From: a virus
Taxonomy: Duplodnaviria > Caudoviricetes
IMG/VR virus record: IMGVR_UViG_3300032320_000902
Span: 1-40,957 of that record
Strand: one strand, 5' to 3'
DNA: 40,957 nt
The notes under the pieces were generated by a model. The model ran no database searches, was not told where the DNA came from, and was given only the letters and a program-made list of their open reading frames with translations. The position numbers were made by a program, and so were the translations under genes. Every line of letters starts with the position of its first letter. Position 1 is the first letter of the stretch. Shown in pieces: positions 8,283 through 18,619 of this stretch.

Positions 8283-10466
8283 ATGCTGCATGAGAACATT
8301 GCCAGAGAAGAGGCGCAGCTTCAAAAGCTAGCGCGTGTCGGTACGCCACAGGCTATCCAGATGCTGCGCCAGTATGCGCAGACACACCAAGACGACGCTA
8401 TCCGGTTGAGCCTAGCCAACCAAGCGGTCAATGACGCCAAGGATATGCACGCCAAAGCGTTGGCAATGTTGAGCGGACAGCAGCCTCCGACCGTAGCGCA
8501 GCAAGTTATGCAGTCTATTGGTGGGCAAGGTGGAGCGCCAATGCCCCCGCCCGGAGGGCCACAAGGCCAGATGCCACCGCAGGGTATGCCGCCACAAGGT
8601 CCGCCGGGAATGCAGATGCCACCGCCTATGCCACCGCCTATGCCACCTGCTCCGCAGATGCCTCCACCTTCCGGTCCCGGCGCGGCCCCGCAGGGCCTAG
8701 CCGGTCTGCCTGCGCAGAATATCCAGAACATGGCTGATGGTGGGATCGCTGGGTATGCTGACGAGGACGAGGCTGTTGGCTATGCCGATGGTGGTGCGAT
8801 TCGCATGGCCGGTGGTGGTGATGCTGAAGATGCCGCAATGCGCGCGCAGGGTAGATCTCTTGGCTTAGCCGACGCCCAGATTGAGGAGATCATTCAAAGA
8901 AAAAAAATGCAGGTGCCGCAAACCCAGTTGCCGTACACCTCTGCAAATCCTAGTGCTGTTGGCGCGCCTCAAGTTACTAGCACACCCCTTACCGGCTCCG
9001 AGTTGTGGGCCGGGCAAGAGCCAATGTTTGATTTTATAAAACGTGGTATTGGTAATTTGCTTCCGGGCGGTGAGAGGAAGGAGTACGACATCGCTGCAAA
9101 CCGTGCGCGGGAGCTTCCAATTGTAGAGGCCTCCGTTCAACAACAGCGCGACATGAGAAGGCCTCCACGCAACATAGCCGCACCTTCCGCAGAAGAATAT
9201 GCAGCAACTATGCCCCCTCCTTCAGCGCCTCCCCCGCCTGCGGCTGCACCGACTGAACCTGCACGAACATTTGCGGATGTTTATAGATCGCTTGGTGGCG
9301 ACCAGCGCTTAACTGCGGGGGCAAAGGCAAGCATAGGCACAGGCGCTAGAAAGGTAGCTGCGCCATCAATAGCGGGGATTGACTCGCTTATCCCTGAAGG
9401 GGCAACGGTCGGCAAAACCGCAGAACAAGCTATCGCGGATGCGGGCAAATTTTCTTTAGGGCAGCAGTATACTGAAGGACAAACGCTGCTCAACAGGGCT
9501 GGAGAGCGACAAGACCAATACTTGCGCGATATATTTATGCAACGCCCGTCAAAAGAAATCGGGCAAAAGACCGAAGAGTATATCAAGAGCCAACGCGAAG
9601 AACTAGCCGCCGAGAAAAAAGATCGCAGCGCAAACTTTCTAATCTCTGCCGGCCTAGCAATTGCTTCGGGTACATCGCGCAACGCCATGCAGAACATCGC
9701 ACAGGGGCTGCAAGTTGGCGTTAAAGACGCCAAAGATGCAATGAAAGATTTCAAAGCAGCGCAAAAAGAGTTGGCGCGTATGGATGCAGATCTTGAGAAT
9801 CTGCGTGCTGCACAAAAAGAGCGCGACTTTGATCGAGTGTTCTCCCTTGAACAACGGATTGCTGACAGGGATGAGGGCCGCAAACAAAAAATGTTTGATG
9901 GCGCAATGACGCTTGCTGGTCAGGACCGCGCGTTGGCTGGGAATATTTACAGCCTTGCGGAACAAAACGCTGAGCAGTGGAAACGCACGAAGGCGCAGCT
10001 TGGTTTTCAGCGTGGCGAACGCGAAGCGGGACAAGCATTTACTAGAGAAGAAAACGCAGCCACTCGGGCAGCATCCGCAGCTAATACGCAAGCGCAAATT
10101 CAAGCACAAGAAAGAGCCACTTTGTTTGCGGCTAACTTGCCATCCGCGCAAGCTAAGTTTTATGCGGAGCTTGGCGGTGCCTTACCCGGCACAGTTCCGA
10201 ATTCAACGCAAATTCGTAAAGGTGTCGAGTATATGAACAGTGTCAACGATATTGACACTGCACTGGCGGCATACGAAAAACAGGCGCTTGAGCACGCAAA
10301 AGTGAGCGCAACAACGGGGGCAGTACTTCCGCCTATGAAAGATAAGCAAGCTTGGATAAAAGAATTCATGGAAAATAAACGTGCGTATAGCTTGTACAAC
10401 CAAGGGGTTGCTGGCGGTATTCCTACTACTAGCACCCCCGGCAACGCGCCGCGTTACGACCGATAA
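8283..10466 (+). CDS. Internal virion / DNA ejection protein 3 (Pro/Met-rich linker, coiled coil)
   Basis: 727-aa ORF in operon; PPPMPPP tract; MADGG repeats; hydrophobic FLISAGLAIASG within a helical region. Confidence 0.55.
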   Translation: MLHENIAREEAQLQKLARVGTPQAIQMLRQYAQTHQDDAIRLSLANQAVNDAKDMHAKALAMLSGQQPPTVAQQVMQSIGGQGGAPMPPPGGPQGQMPPQGMPPQGPPGMQMPPPMPPPMPPAPQMPPPSGPGAAPQGLAGLPAQNIQNMADGGIAGYADEDEAVGYADGGAIRMAGGGDAEDAAMRAQGRSLGLADAQIEEIIQRKKMQVPQTQLPYTSANPSAVGAPQVTSTPLTGSELWAGQEPMFDFIKRGIGNLLPGGERKEYDIAANRARELPIVEASVQQQRDMRRPPRNIAAPSAEEYAATMPPPSAPPPPAAAPTEPARTFADVYRSLGGDQRLTAGAKASIGTGARKVAAPSIAGIDSLIPEGATVGKTAEQAIADAGKFSLGQQYTEGQTLLNRAGERQDQYLRDIFMQRPSKEIGQKTEEYIKSQREELAAEKKDRSANFLISAGLAIASGTSRNAMQNIAQGLQVGVKDAKDAMKDFKAAQKELARMDADLENLRAAQKERDFDRVFSLEQRIADRDEGRKQKMFDGAMTLAGQDRALAGNIYSLAEQNAEQWKRTKAQLGFQRGEREAGQAFTREENAATRAASAANTQAQIQAQERATLFAANLPSAQAKFYAELGGALPGTVPNSTQIRKGVEYMNSVNDIDTALAAYEKQALEHAKVSATTGAVLPPMKDKQAWIKEFMENKRAYSLYNQGVAGGIPTTSTPGNAPRYDR

Positions 10467-10468
10467 AC

Positions 10469-13400
10469 ATGCCAAAATACATTCAACTTCCTGATGGCGG
10501 GTACTTCCCTTTAAAGGAAGGTGAGAAACCAGAAGACGCTTGGGCAGCGGCGTTTGAAAAGTATCCCAAAGCGTTTGGACTTAGCCCGGTAGAATCACTA
10601 GCACCAAAGCTCCCCGAAGTCGCCCCAAAGACGGGTATTGGATCTGCGCTTATTGGTGGAGCGCAAAGATACGGTTCGCAGTTCCGCACAGGTCTAGGCG
10701 GCGGTAGCGCAGCAGCCGAGGCGGGCGTTGCCCGCATGGAAGAGATTGAGAAGGCACGCCCCAGCCAAGTGTCGCTAGAAAAAGTAAAGCAGGCGTATCA
10801 GAAAGATGGTGTGTTATCTGCTGCTGGGGAAGCGCTAGGTCAAATTCCATATGCAATTGCTGAGCAGGTTCCGCAGTTAGCCTCGATGGGGGCTGGCGCT
10901 CGCGCAGGGGCTATGGCTGGTAGATTCCTTGGGCCTGTTGGTGCTGGAGTTGGCGCTGGTCTCGGTGCATTGACTGGGCAGTTCTTATCTTCGTATGTCC
11001 CAACAGCCGGGGCAAACTTGGAAGCGCAAGCTCGCGCTCAGATAGCCGAAGGCAAACCTGTCGATGTAAACCCGCTAGCTGCGTATGGTGCGGCTATTCC
11101 GGGTGCGGCGCTCGATGTTTTCACGGATCGGCTGTTGCTTGGCAAGGGTGTAGTTGGCCGCTTGATGGGCTTCAACGATGAGCAAATCGCTAAGAAGTCT
11201 GCTCAAGAACTAGAGAAGCTGGCATCGGAAAAGCTGTTGCCCAAGCTAAGCAGGGGCGAAGTAAGCGCTGGCACTTTGCTCAAAGGCACGGCCAAGGGCA
11301 CGGTCGAGATACCCACCGAGATTACACAGCAGATACTTGAGCGCGCGCAGGCTGGTCTGCCGCTAATGAACGATGAAGCGTTGGCTGAGTACGGGAGCGC
11401 TGCGTATCAAGCCGGGTTGCTGTCCCCATTGGGTGGCGTAGGTCGAATTAGTGAGCGTGGTGGTGCACGCAGCGAAATTGCTGAACGTAAGAAACAAGCA
11501 GCAGACGCTGCGTTTGCTGCGGAAGAAGCGGAAAAGAATAGGCCAGAAAACTTACTCAAACTGCATGACAAATACATCGCAGCTAAAGAAGAATCCAAGC
11601 GGTTGACGGACCTGATACCTGCCGCACCCGATAAAAAGAAAGAACCAGACGAATACGACCAGTGGGAAGAGGCTACGGCAGGCGCACGCGAAGCAGAGTC
11701 GGATTACATGCAGAATGTTCTCCAGCCATTGCGCGACGCATACCGGCAACGCGAAGACCTAATCAAACCGCTGGTTGCCCAGCGCCAAGCAGCACAGCCT
11801 GCGGCTGCACCTGCACCAGTATTTACGCCCCCGCCAGTCACAGAACTGATGGACCAGTACGATGATTTGTATCAGCAGCGTGAGGCAATTGGTGCGCAGC
11901 TTCAGGCGGCTGCAAGTAGTGGCGATCCTGCGGTAATAAATCCTTTACATGATCAGTGGACAGCGCTGACTAAGTATATCGACCAGACGGGCAAAGCTGT
12001 TGAGGATGCTGGTGGTACAACAGAGACCGCACCTATCTTAGATAGACAACTTGCCGCACTAAACGAACAAGCCGCCAAGATCCAAGCAGGCATCGATAAA
12101 GCGGCGGAAGTTGGTGATTTTGATGTTGTGCGCAAACAGGCAGAAGCCAAAGCCAAACTCGCAGCAGATATAGCTGCGACACAAGAGAAACGTAAACTTG
12201 TCGAAGGCCGACCTTCCCGTACTGCGGTTGCTGAACAGCCCGAAATAGCCGCGCCCGTAACAGAAATGCCTACGGCTGAAGGGCTTGCGCCTAAAGAAGA
12301 GGCGCCGCCCCCGTCGATCACGCCGTACGATTTCCCTACGCCCTATGAGATGTTTGGGGCTAGGTCTGTTGCTGATCTAAATGCTCCGTTTGATCTCCCC
12401 ACACCGATGGAGATGTTTGGGGATGTGGATCTTGATCGCGCCACAAAGTTTGTGCGCGATACTGGCAAAGCCAACATTACTCATCTTGAACAAGGGCTTA
12501 ACGTCAAACGCCAAGTCGCAGCGCAACTGCTGATGGACTTGGAAAAAGCCGGCGTAGTGACACCACTAAAAGGCAACAAGCGCGAAGTTGTAAAAGAAGC
12601 ACCGGCTGCGCCTGAAATGGCGGCTGTGCCGGAAGCACCGAAGGTGGAAACCAAGCCCGCCGAAGAAACCAAGCCTGTTGTCCAGCATGCAATCGAGGGT
12701 ATTCCTTCCGTTCCGGTGCCGGTCAATGAACTCAAGCTGTCCAAGGATGTGCCGCAGTTCAAAGAGGGTGCGGACCAAGAAGGGGTTGTCGAGCCACTCA
12801 AAGGTAAGTTTGCCGACTTTGGGGTAGCACCAATTCAAGTGTGGCGTCGCCTCGATGGCAGCATGGAAATTATTTCTGGGCGCCACCGCTGGGATCTAGC
12901 AAAGCGTTCTGGCAGAAAAACAATCGATGCGCAGATCTTTGATGAAGCCGCAGGGTTTGATAAGAAACAAGCGTCGACGATGGACGCGGAGATCAATATC
13001 CGCGACAGCCAAGGGTCCGTGTCTGACTACGTCAACTACTTTGAGGCCGCTGGACTTTCAAGAGAAGAAGCCGACGCCCGCACGTTGACGCGCGGCAAGG
13101 GCGCTGAAGCTTTTGAAATCGCCACGAACGGTAGTCCAGAACTGATCGCTGCCCACCGCGCTAAGCAAGTTAGTGACAGTCTTGCAACATCCATAGCAAC
13201 CGAAGCGCCAAAAGATTCAAGAATCCAAGCGGTCGCAATCAAAGCCGCGCAGTCCAAATCTGCTGCCGAAGCGCTTAATCTAATGCGCGCGGTTCAAGTG
13301 ATTGCGCCCAAGCCCGCCGAAGGCGGCATGGCTGACATGTTTGGGTTTGATGAGAGCGCTATGCTCGAAGCCCAAGAGATGGCTAAGATCGCCACGCAAA

Positions 13401-16400
13401 AGCAGCGTGAGGTTGGTCAACGGCTAAGTGCTATCACGGGCGCCAGCAAAAATCCCAAGCTTGCCGCCGCCGAAGGTATCAACATCAAAGACCCAGAAGC
13501 GGTCAAGCGCCGGATTGCCGATCTGCGGCAACTCAAGTCATCATGGGATAACTGGACCACCAACCCGACACTAGTTGGCGAGATCCGCGCAGCAATGAAG
13601 CCTGCCGAGGCTGCTGAACAACCGCAGGGTAGAACAGAAGCCGAGACGCCTGCCGAAGGCACATTGGCGCAGGATGCGCAAGACGAGTCAGACGATCAAG
13701 GTGCGATGTTCTCAGTCGGAACCACCGACGAACAAAAGATGGCCGCAAAAGCGGTTGCGTACGATGTCGGCGGCAGTGTGGTGTGGCAGGAAGGCGACCT
13801 TGCGCTTATTCGCGGATACAGCATGTTAACTGGACAACCAGTTTACTTGCCGGCTAAAGGACAATCCTATTTTAGATTAGACGTAGATTCAGTTAAAGAA
13901 GTCCGTCTGTCGAAATTAAAACCAGCGGATCTGGCTAAGTTGAGCCAAGTTAAAAAAGACTTGGAGGCTGCGGATGCAAAGAAGCATGCAAAAAATCCGT
14001 TTGTTAAGCATGACGCAAACGGGTTGGCCTTCTCTAGTAATGTCCCCGCAGAGTTTCGCGGGATTATTGGGGGTTGGAAAAGGCTTCTTGGTGTTGACGC
14101 GCGTATATACATCAGTACCGTTGAAGACGCCAAGGCGGACAAAGACAAGTTTACCGGGCCGCACCGCGCTATTGGTTCGGCAGGACTTGATCCCAGTTCC
14201 CGTGGGTCTGCGCGGTATATGGCCGCTGACGACAGCTACTACATTACGTATACGCCTTCTACCAGCAAGACCCGCGAGTTGGAAATTATTGCCCATGAAC
14301 TTGGGCACGTGCACGAAAAGTATTCTTTTAAAAATGCGCCAGCAAAAACCCAAGCGGCAATCAAAGCAGACTATGACAAGTGGTTAGCATCAAACAAAGG
14401 TAAGACTGCGCGTGAACACATAGAAAGTCTGCGTGCTAAAACTACCGGCCAAACCACAAGAATTCCAGAAGGTCAGCAATCAAGTGACCTTAAAGCTTAC
14501 TGGTCTTCATTCAGTGAGTGGTACGCTGACCAAGTCTCGCGCTGGTCCACCACTTCGGACAAGCCGCTGACGGTTGTTGAGAAGTTCTTTGCCAAGCTGG
14601 GCGCAGCAATGCGCCGGTTCTATACGAACGCGATGCAGCAGAAGTATCTGCCTGCGCAGTCTATGCAGAAGTTCCTCGACGGCATCGCTAAAACTGCAAA
14701 AAATAATGGCAGCATAGCGCCAAACTCCGTGGATGCGGCAATAAGTATTAAGGAGCAAAAACCAAGTCCAGAAAAAACATTCACTGGTCAAGGTTCTTTG
14801 TTCCGTTCCCAAGGTGAGCAAGCCGCCGGGATGCCGACCGCAGAAATTGAAGATCTGATTAAGCCGTTCCGGCAACTGCCGGTGGCGCCCAAGATCACGG
14901 TGGTGCAGTCCATCTCTGAGTTACCTGAGAAGATCCAAGCGCAGATGGAGCGCGACGGTACGCAGAGCGCGCCGGGTATGTTTCATCCACCAACTGCGAC
15001 GATCTACTTGGTGGGCGACAACTTGATTGATGGCGCGGACGTAGGCAAGACGATCTCCCACGAACTGGTTGGTCACTTTGGTCTGCGTGGGGTGCTAGGC
15101 AATTCGTACCCGGCAGTGATGCGCGCGATCTATCAGAACAGCAAACAGATCAAGGCAGAGGCCAACGCCCGGATGCAGGCCAACCCCGACATGTCGCTGG
15201 AAGTGGCGACCGAGGAGAGCATCGCCGAGCGCGCCGAGAAGGATGTGTCGCTGAACTGGATGAACCGCTTGGTAAACCTAATCCGTACCAAGCTGCGGCA
15301 GTGGGGCATCTGGAAGGACGCACCAATCGGTGACTCCGAGATCATTCGCCTGATCCGCGACTCGCACAAGTATGTGAGCGGTGTGACCACTAAGCCAAGC
15401 GAGACGGTGAAAGCGCTGGCTAAAGTTGCACCTTCGGGTAAGCCAACAGCCCCGGCAGGGCTGTTAACCAAGATTCGTGCGATTACGGAAACGCCCGCGT
15501 TCAAGCGTTGGTTTGGGAATAGTAAAGCCATTGACGAAAATGGCAATCCGATGACGTTCTACCATGCAACCAAAAAAGACTTTACGGAATTTAAGCCCGG
15601 AGGGTTTGATCCCACATTGAGCGGACCTGCAATTTGGTTTAGTCCTTATAAAGATGTTCAAGCTGCGGCGCACAATTTGGGGAGCAAGGTTGAGGGTACC
15701 CGTGTTATCCCGGTATATTTATCTATTAAAAATCCTTTAGTTGTTGACGACATAGGGATGTTGGACTACGCCCGAGAAGTGTTTGCTAATGGGTCGTCAG
15801 AATTTCCGCAGTTGATCTCGGCCAAAACCATCAAAGAACTCAAAGAAGGCGGACACGACGGCATCATCTTTGACGGCGAAAATTTGGGTTGGGGGACAAA
15901 CTCCAATGAATGGATTGTATTCGACCCAACGCAAATCAAGTCCGTCTTCAACAAAGGTGAGTTCAATCCCGAAAACGCGGATGTCCTCTACCGTTCACGC
16001 AAACCTACCAAGTCTGTCGTTGCTCAGCGCGCAAGTACTGTCGATGATTTGATGGCGCTCTACACGGGGCTGACGGGCGCAAATAGCCGAGACGCTACGC
16101 TTGCCGGGATCAAGGACAAGACCAATACCCGAGCTTTGAAGCTGCGTCAGCGCATATTCGACCAGTACGCGGCGTTGGAAGAGGTAGTCAAAAAAGGACT
16201 GGACTCTAAAGTTATTGATGCCTTGCGCGCACAGAACCTGATGTACTTCCTACGCTTTGGTCAGCAGCGTAGCGACATTGTTGGGCAAACAGTTACCAGT
16301 GGCCCTCCGCGTCTTCGCAGCGAAAAAACCAATGCCGGCACGGAGTACTTCTACGAAAATGATGCGAACGGCCCGACACTGATCGGCATGGCGCAGGCCC

Positions 16401-18619
16401 TAGAGAAAGCCAAGGGCTACAAGGAAGAAGACCGCGAGAACGCATTCACTGTTTACCTAGCCGGCAAACGTGCTGAGCAAGTTGGCTGGAACAAACTACG
16501 CTTTGATAACCCAGTCGAAGCCGAGAATGAATATAAGGAAGTTCTTGCGCACCTGAAGCAGAACAAAGCTGACGAGGCTGCGTTCAAGGAAGCCGAGAAA
16601 ATCTATCAGGCGTACAACGCTGGGCTGCTGGACTTCTTGGTTCAGACCGGCACTATGTCCAAACAAAAGGCTGCGGAACTCAAGAGCATCACCTACGTGC
16701 CGTTCTATCGCGTGGATAAGGACGGCAACATCCGCATGGAGACGGGTGACGAGCGCCGCTCGATCCGTATCGGCAACATCAAGAGCGAACCGCGCCTGAA
16801 AGAACTGCTTGGCGACAGCGAACAAATCCTGCCGGTGTTTACAAGTGCTGTACAAAACACCAGTATGCTGATCAACATGGCGATGCGCAATCAGACCGTT
16901 AAAGATACGGCGTTTGTGCTCAAGGATCTGGGGATTGCCAGTCGGATCGTGGCGTCCAAGGGTCCGTATACGGACAACGTAGTTCACTTCCGGGTGCATG
17001 GTGTGGAGCACCACGCCATCATTGATACAGATATGTACGGTATCCCGGCGCAGATGATTGTCGAGGGGCTTGAAGGTATTAAGCTTGCGATGCCAGCGAT
17101 TGTGCGTATGCTCGGCATGCCGGGAGATATCTTCCGCAAGTTCACGGTGCGTAACCCGCTCTACATGTTCCGCCAGCTTGTGCGCGACCCCGTATCGGCG
17201 TGGGTGCAAAACGGTACGGATACGATCCCGATCCTCGATTCGTTCTCTACGCTGGCTAAAATGGCCACCGGCAAAGACACCACCGCGCAGCGGCTTCAAC
17301 GTGCAGGTGCAACCAGCAGCAACGTCTTAGTGGGCGACTCCCGCGACATGACCAAGTTCTTGGAAGACCTGACCGCCGGCAAATGGAGTCTACAGCGGGC
17401 GTTCTCTAAGCTTGATACGGTCGCTCAGCAGTCCGATGCTGCTACCCGGCAGGTGATCTACGAAGACTCGATCAAGAAGGGAATGTCCCACCAGCAGGCG
17501 CTGATGCGTACGCTTGAGTCGATGAACTTTAGCCGCCGGGGTACGTCGCCCAGTATGTATTTGCTGGCAAGTCTGACGCCGTTTATGCACTCGCAAGTTC
17601 AAGGTCTGGACGTTCTGTATCGAGCTATGCGTGGGCAGTTGCCGGGTGCCGACAAACTTCAGGTTGCTCAGCGGTTCGCAGCACGGGCAACGATGCTGGC
17701 TATGTCTTCTTTTGCATATGCCGCGATCATGCAAGATGATGAAGACTACAAACGCGCTAAGCCAGAGGAGCGCTACGGCAATTGGTGGGTACCAACGCTG
17801 GGACTGACCAAAGAAAACTGGATAAAAATCCCAATCCCTTATGAGGTTGGCTTCCTGTTCAAAGCGCTACCCGAAGCTATCGTTAATATGGCGGCGGGTG
17901 ATGAGAAGGTTGGTCCCGGAATGGAAGCGCTTGGGCGTATGCTCAGCCAATCTCAGCCGCTTAGCATGCCGCAGGCACTTAAACCAATCACAGAAGTGAT
18001 GCTTGGTTCATCGTTCTATTCTGGGCCTATTGAGTCGCCGCACGAAAAAGAAATCTTGCCGCAGTATCGCTACCGCACCAACAGTACAGAGCTTGCCAAA
18101 ATGCTTGGCGGTGTTGCTGGGTTGTCGCCGATTCAAATCGATTACTTGATCCGGGGATATACCGGCGGTGTAGGTATGGCGATCACCCAGATGGCCAACG
18201 TGTTTCTGCGCGCGCCCGAGGCGGAGAATGTGGCGAAACCCACTACTAAGCTTTCAGAAGTCCCGCTTATTGGTGCGCTCTTCCAAACTTCTGAGGGACG
18301 CGGCGCGCTCGATGCTACGTACAAACTCATCGAAGAAATCCAGCAGTACAAGGGCGCGTACAACAAGCTCATTCAGGACGGCAAGCCCGAAGAAGCCATG
18401 CAGTTTGCCAACGAAAACGCCTCGATCTTGGCCGCATCGAGCATGGCCGGCTACATGAAGAAGACTCTTGGCGAGATGTCCAAGCAGGCGCGTATGATCA
18501 AGTCTTCGCCGCAGATGACCACGGAACAAAAGGATGCGGCGTTAGAGAACCTATACATCTCTCAGCTTGCGCTGTCGCGTAACTTCCTTAAAAACGCCGA
18601 AAGAACCACACTCCGATAA
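10469..18619 (+). CDS. Giant polyvalent virion/ejection protein (FtsK-gamma-like, ParB-like, two zincin metallopeptidase-like, ADP-ribosyltransferase, LPD38-like modules)
   Basis: Motifs: ANITHLEQGL..AAQLLMDLEKAGVV; IISGRHRW; AHELGH; SHELVGHFGLR; FKRWFG..FYHAT..WFS..PVYLSIKNP..GHDGII..EWIVFDPTQIKS; KIPIPYEVG. Confidence 0.8.
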   Translation: MPKYIQLPDGGYFPLKEGEKPEDAWAAAFEKYPKAFGLSPVESLAPKLPEVAPKTGIGSALIGGAQRYGSQFRTGLGGGSAAAEAGVARMEEIEKARPSQVSLEKVKQAYQKDGVLSAAGEALGQIPYAIAEQVPQLASMGAGARAGAMAGRFLGPVGAGVGAGLGALTGQFLSSYVPTAGANLEAQARAQIAEGKPVDVNPLAAYGAAIPGAALDVFTDRLLLGKGVVGRLMGFNDEQIAKKSAQELEKLASEKLLPKLSRGEVSAGTLLKGTAKGTVEIPTEITQQILERAQAGLPLMNDEALAEYGSAAYQAGLLSPLGGVGRISERGGARSEIAERKKQAADAAFAAEEAEKNRPENLLKLHDKYIAAKEESKRLTDLIPAAPDKKKEPDEYDQWEEATAGAREAESDYMQNVLQPLRDAYRQREDLIKPLVAQRQAAQPAAAPAPVFTPPPVTELMDQYDDLYQQREAIGAQLQAAASSGDPAVINPLHDQWTALTKYIDQTGKAVEDAGGTTETAPILDRQLAALNEQAAKIQAGIDKAAEVGDFDVVRKQAEAKAKLAADIAATQEKRKLVEGRPSRTAVAEQPEIAAPVTEMPTAEGLAPKEEAPPPSITPYDFPTPYEMFGARSVADLNAPFDLPTPMEMFGDVDLDRATKFVRDTGKANITHLEQGLNVKRQVAAQLLMDLEKAGVVTPLKGNKREVVKEAPAAPEMAAVPEAPKVETKPAEETKPVVQHAIEGIPSVPVPVNELKLSKDVPQFKEGADQEGVVEPLKGKFADFGVAPIQVWRRLDGSMEIISGRHRWDLAKRSGRKTIDAQIFDEAAGFDKKQASTMDAEINIRDSQGSVSDYVNYFEAAGLSREEADARTLTRGKGAEAFEIATNGSPELIAAHRAKQVSDSLATSIATEAPKDSRIQAVAIKAAQSKSAAEALNLMRAVQVIAPKPAEGGMADMFGFDESAMLEAQEMAKIATQKQREVGQRLSAITGASKNPKLAAAEGINIKDPEAVKRRIADLRQLKSSWDNWTTNPTLVGEIRAAMKPAEAAEQPQGRTEAETPAEGTLAQDAQDESDDQGAMFSVGTTDEQKMAAKAVAYDVGGSVVWQEGDLALIRGYSMLTGQPVYLPAKGQSYFRLDVDSVKEVRLSKLKPADLAKLSQVKKDLEAADAKKHAKNPFVKHDANGLAFSSNVPAEFRGIIGGWKRLLGVDARIYISTVEDAKADKDKFTGPHRAIGSAGLDPSSRGSARYMAADDSYYITYTPSTSKTRELEIIAHELGHVHEKYSFKNAPAKTQAAIKADYDKWLASNKGKTAREHIESLRAKTTGQTTRIPEGQQSSDLKAYWSSFSEWYADQVSRWSTTSDKPLTVVEKFFAKLGAAMRRFYTNAMQQKYLPAQSMQKFLDGIAKTAKNNGSIAPNSVDAAISIKEQKPSPEKTFTGQGSLFRSQGEQAAGMPTAEIEDLIKPFRQLPVAPKITVVQSISELPEKIQAQMERDGTQSAPGMFHPPTATIYLVGDNLIDGADVGKTISHELVGHFGLRGVLGNSYPAVMRAIYQNSKQIKAEANARMQANPDMSLEVATEESIAERAEKDVSLNWMNRLVNLIRTKLRQWGIWKDAPIGDSEIIRLIRDSHKYVSGVTTKPSETVKALAKVAPSGKPTAPAGLLTKIRAITETPAFKRWFGNSKAIDENGNPMTFYHATKKDFTEFKPGGFDPTLSGPAIWFSPYKDVQAAAHNLGSKVEGTRVIPVYLSIKNPLVVDDIGMLDYAREVFANGSSEFPQLISAKTIKELKEGGHDGIIFDGENLGWGTNSNEWIVFDPTQIKSVFNKGEFNPENADVLYRSRKPTKSVVAQRASTVDDLMALYTGLTGANSRDATLAGIKDKTNTRALKLRQRIFDQYAALEEVVKKGLDSKVIDALRAQNLMYFLRFGQQRSDIVGQTVTSGPPRLRSEKTNAGTEYFYENDANGPTLIGMAQALEKAKGYKEEDRENAFTVYLAGKRAEQVGWNKLRFDNPVEAENEYKEVLAHLKQNKADEAAFKEAEKIYQAYNAGLLDFLVQTGTMSKQKAAELKSITYVPFYRVDKDGNIRMETGDERRSIRIGNIKSEPRLKELLGDSEQILPVFTSAVQNTSMLINMAMRNQTVKDTAFVLKDLGIASRIVASKGPYTDNVVHFRVHGVEHHAIIDTDMYGIPAQMIVEGLEGIKLAMPAIVRMLGMPGDIFRKFTVRNPLYMFRQLVRDPVSAWVQNGTDTIPILDSFSTLAKMATGKDTTAQRLQRAGATSSNVLVGDSRDMTKFLEDLTAGKWSLQRAFSKLDTVAQQSDAATRQVIYEDSIKKGMSHQQALMRTLESMNFSRRGTSPSMYLLASLTPFMHSQVQGLDVLYRAMRGQLPGADKLQVAQRFAARATMLAMSSFAYAAIMQDDEDYKRAKPEERYGNWWVPTLGLTKENWIKIPIPYEVGFLFKALPEAIVNMAAGDEKVGPGMEALGRMLSQSQPLSMPQALKPITEVMLGSSFYSGPIESPHEKEILPQYRYRTNSTELAKMLGGVAGLSPIQIDYLIRGYTGGVGMAITQMANVFLRAPEAENVAKPTTKLSEVPLIGALFQTSEGRGALDATYKLIEEIQQYKGAYNKLIQDGKPEEAMQFANENASILAASSMAGYMKKTLGEMSKQARMIKSSPQMTTEQKDAALENLYISQLALSRNFLKNAERTTLR

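Noticed and set aside
5192-18529. Numerous antisense and alternate-frame ORFs within the virion genes
   Set aside because: Shadow ORFs of GC-rich, low-complexity coding sequence with no motifs or RBS support.
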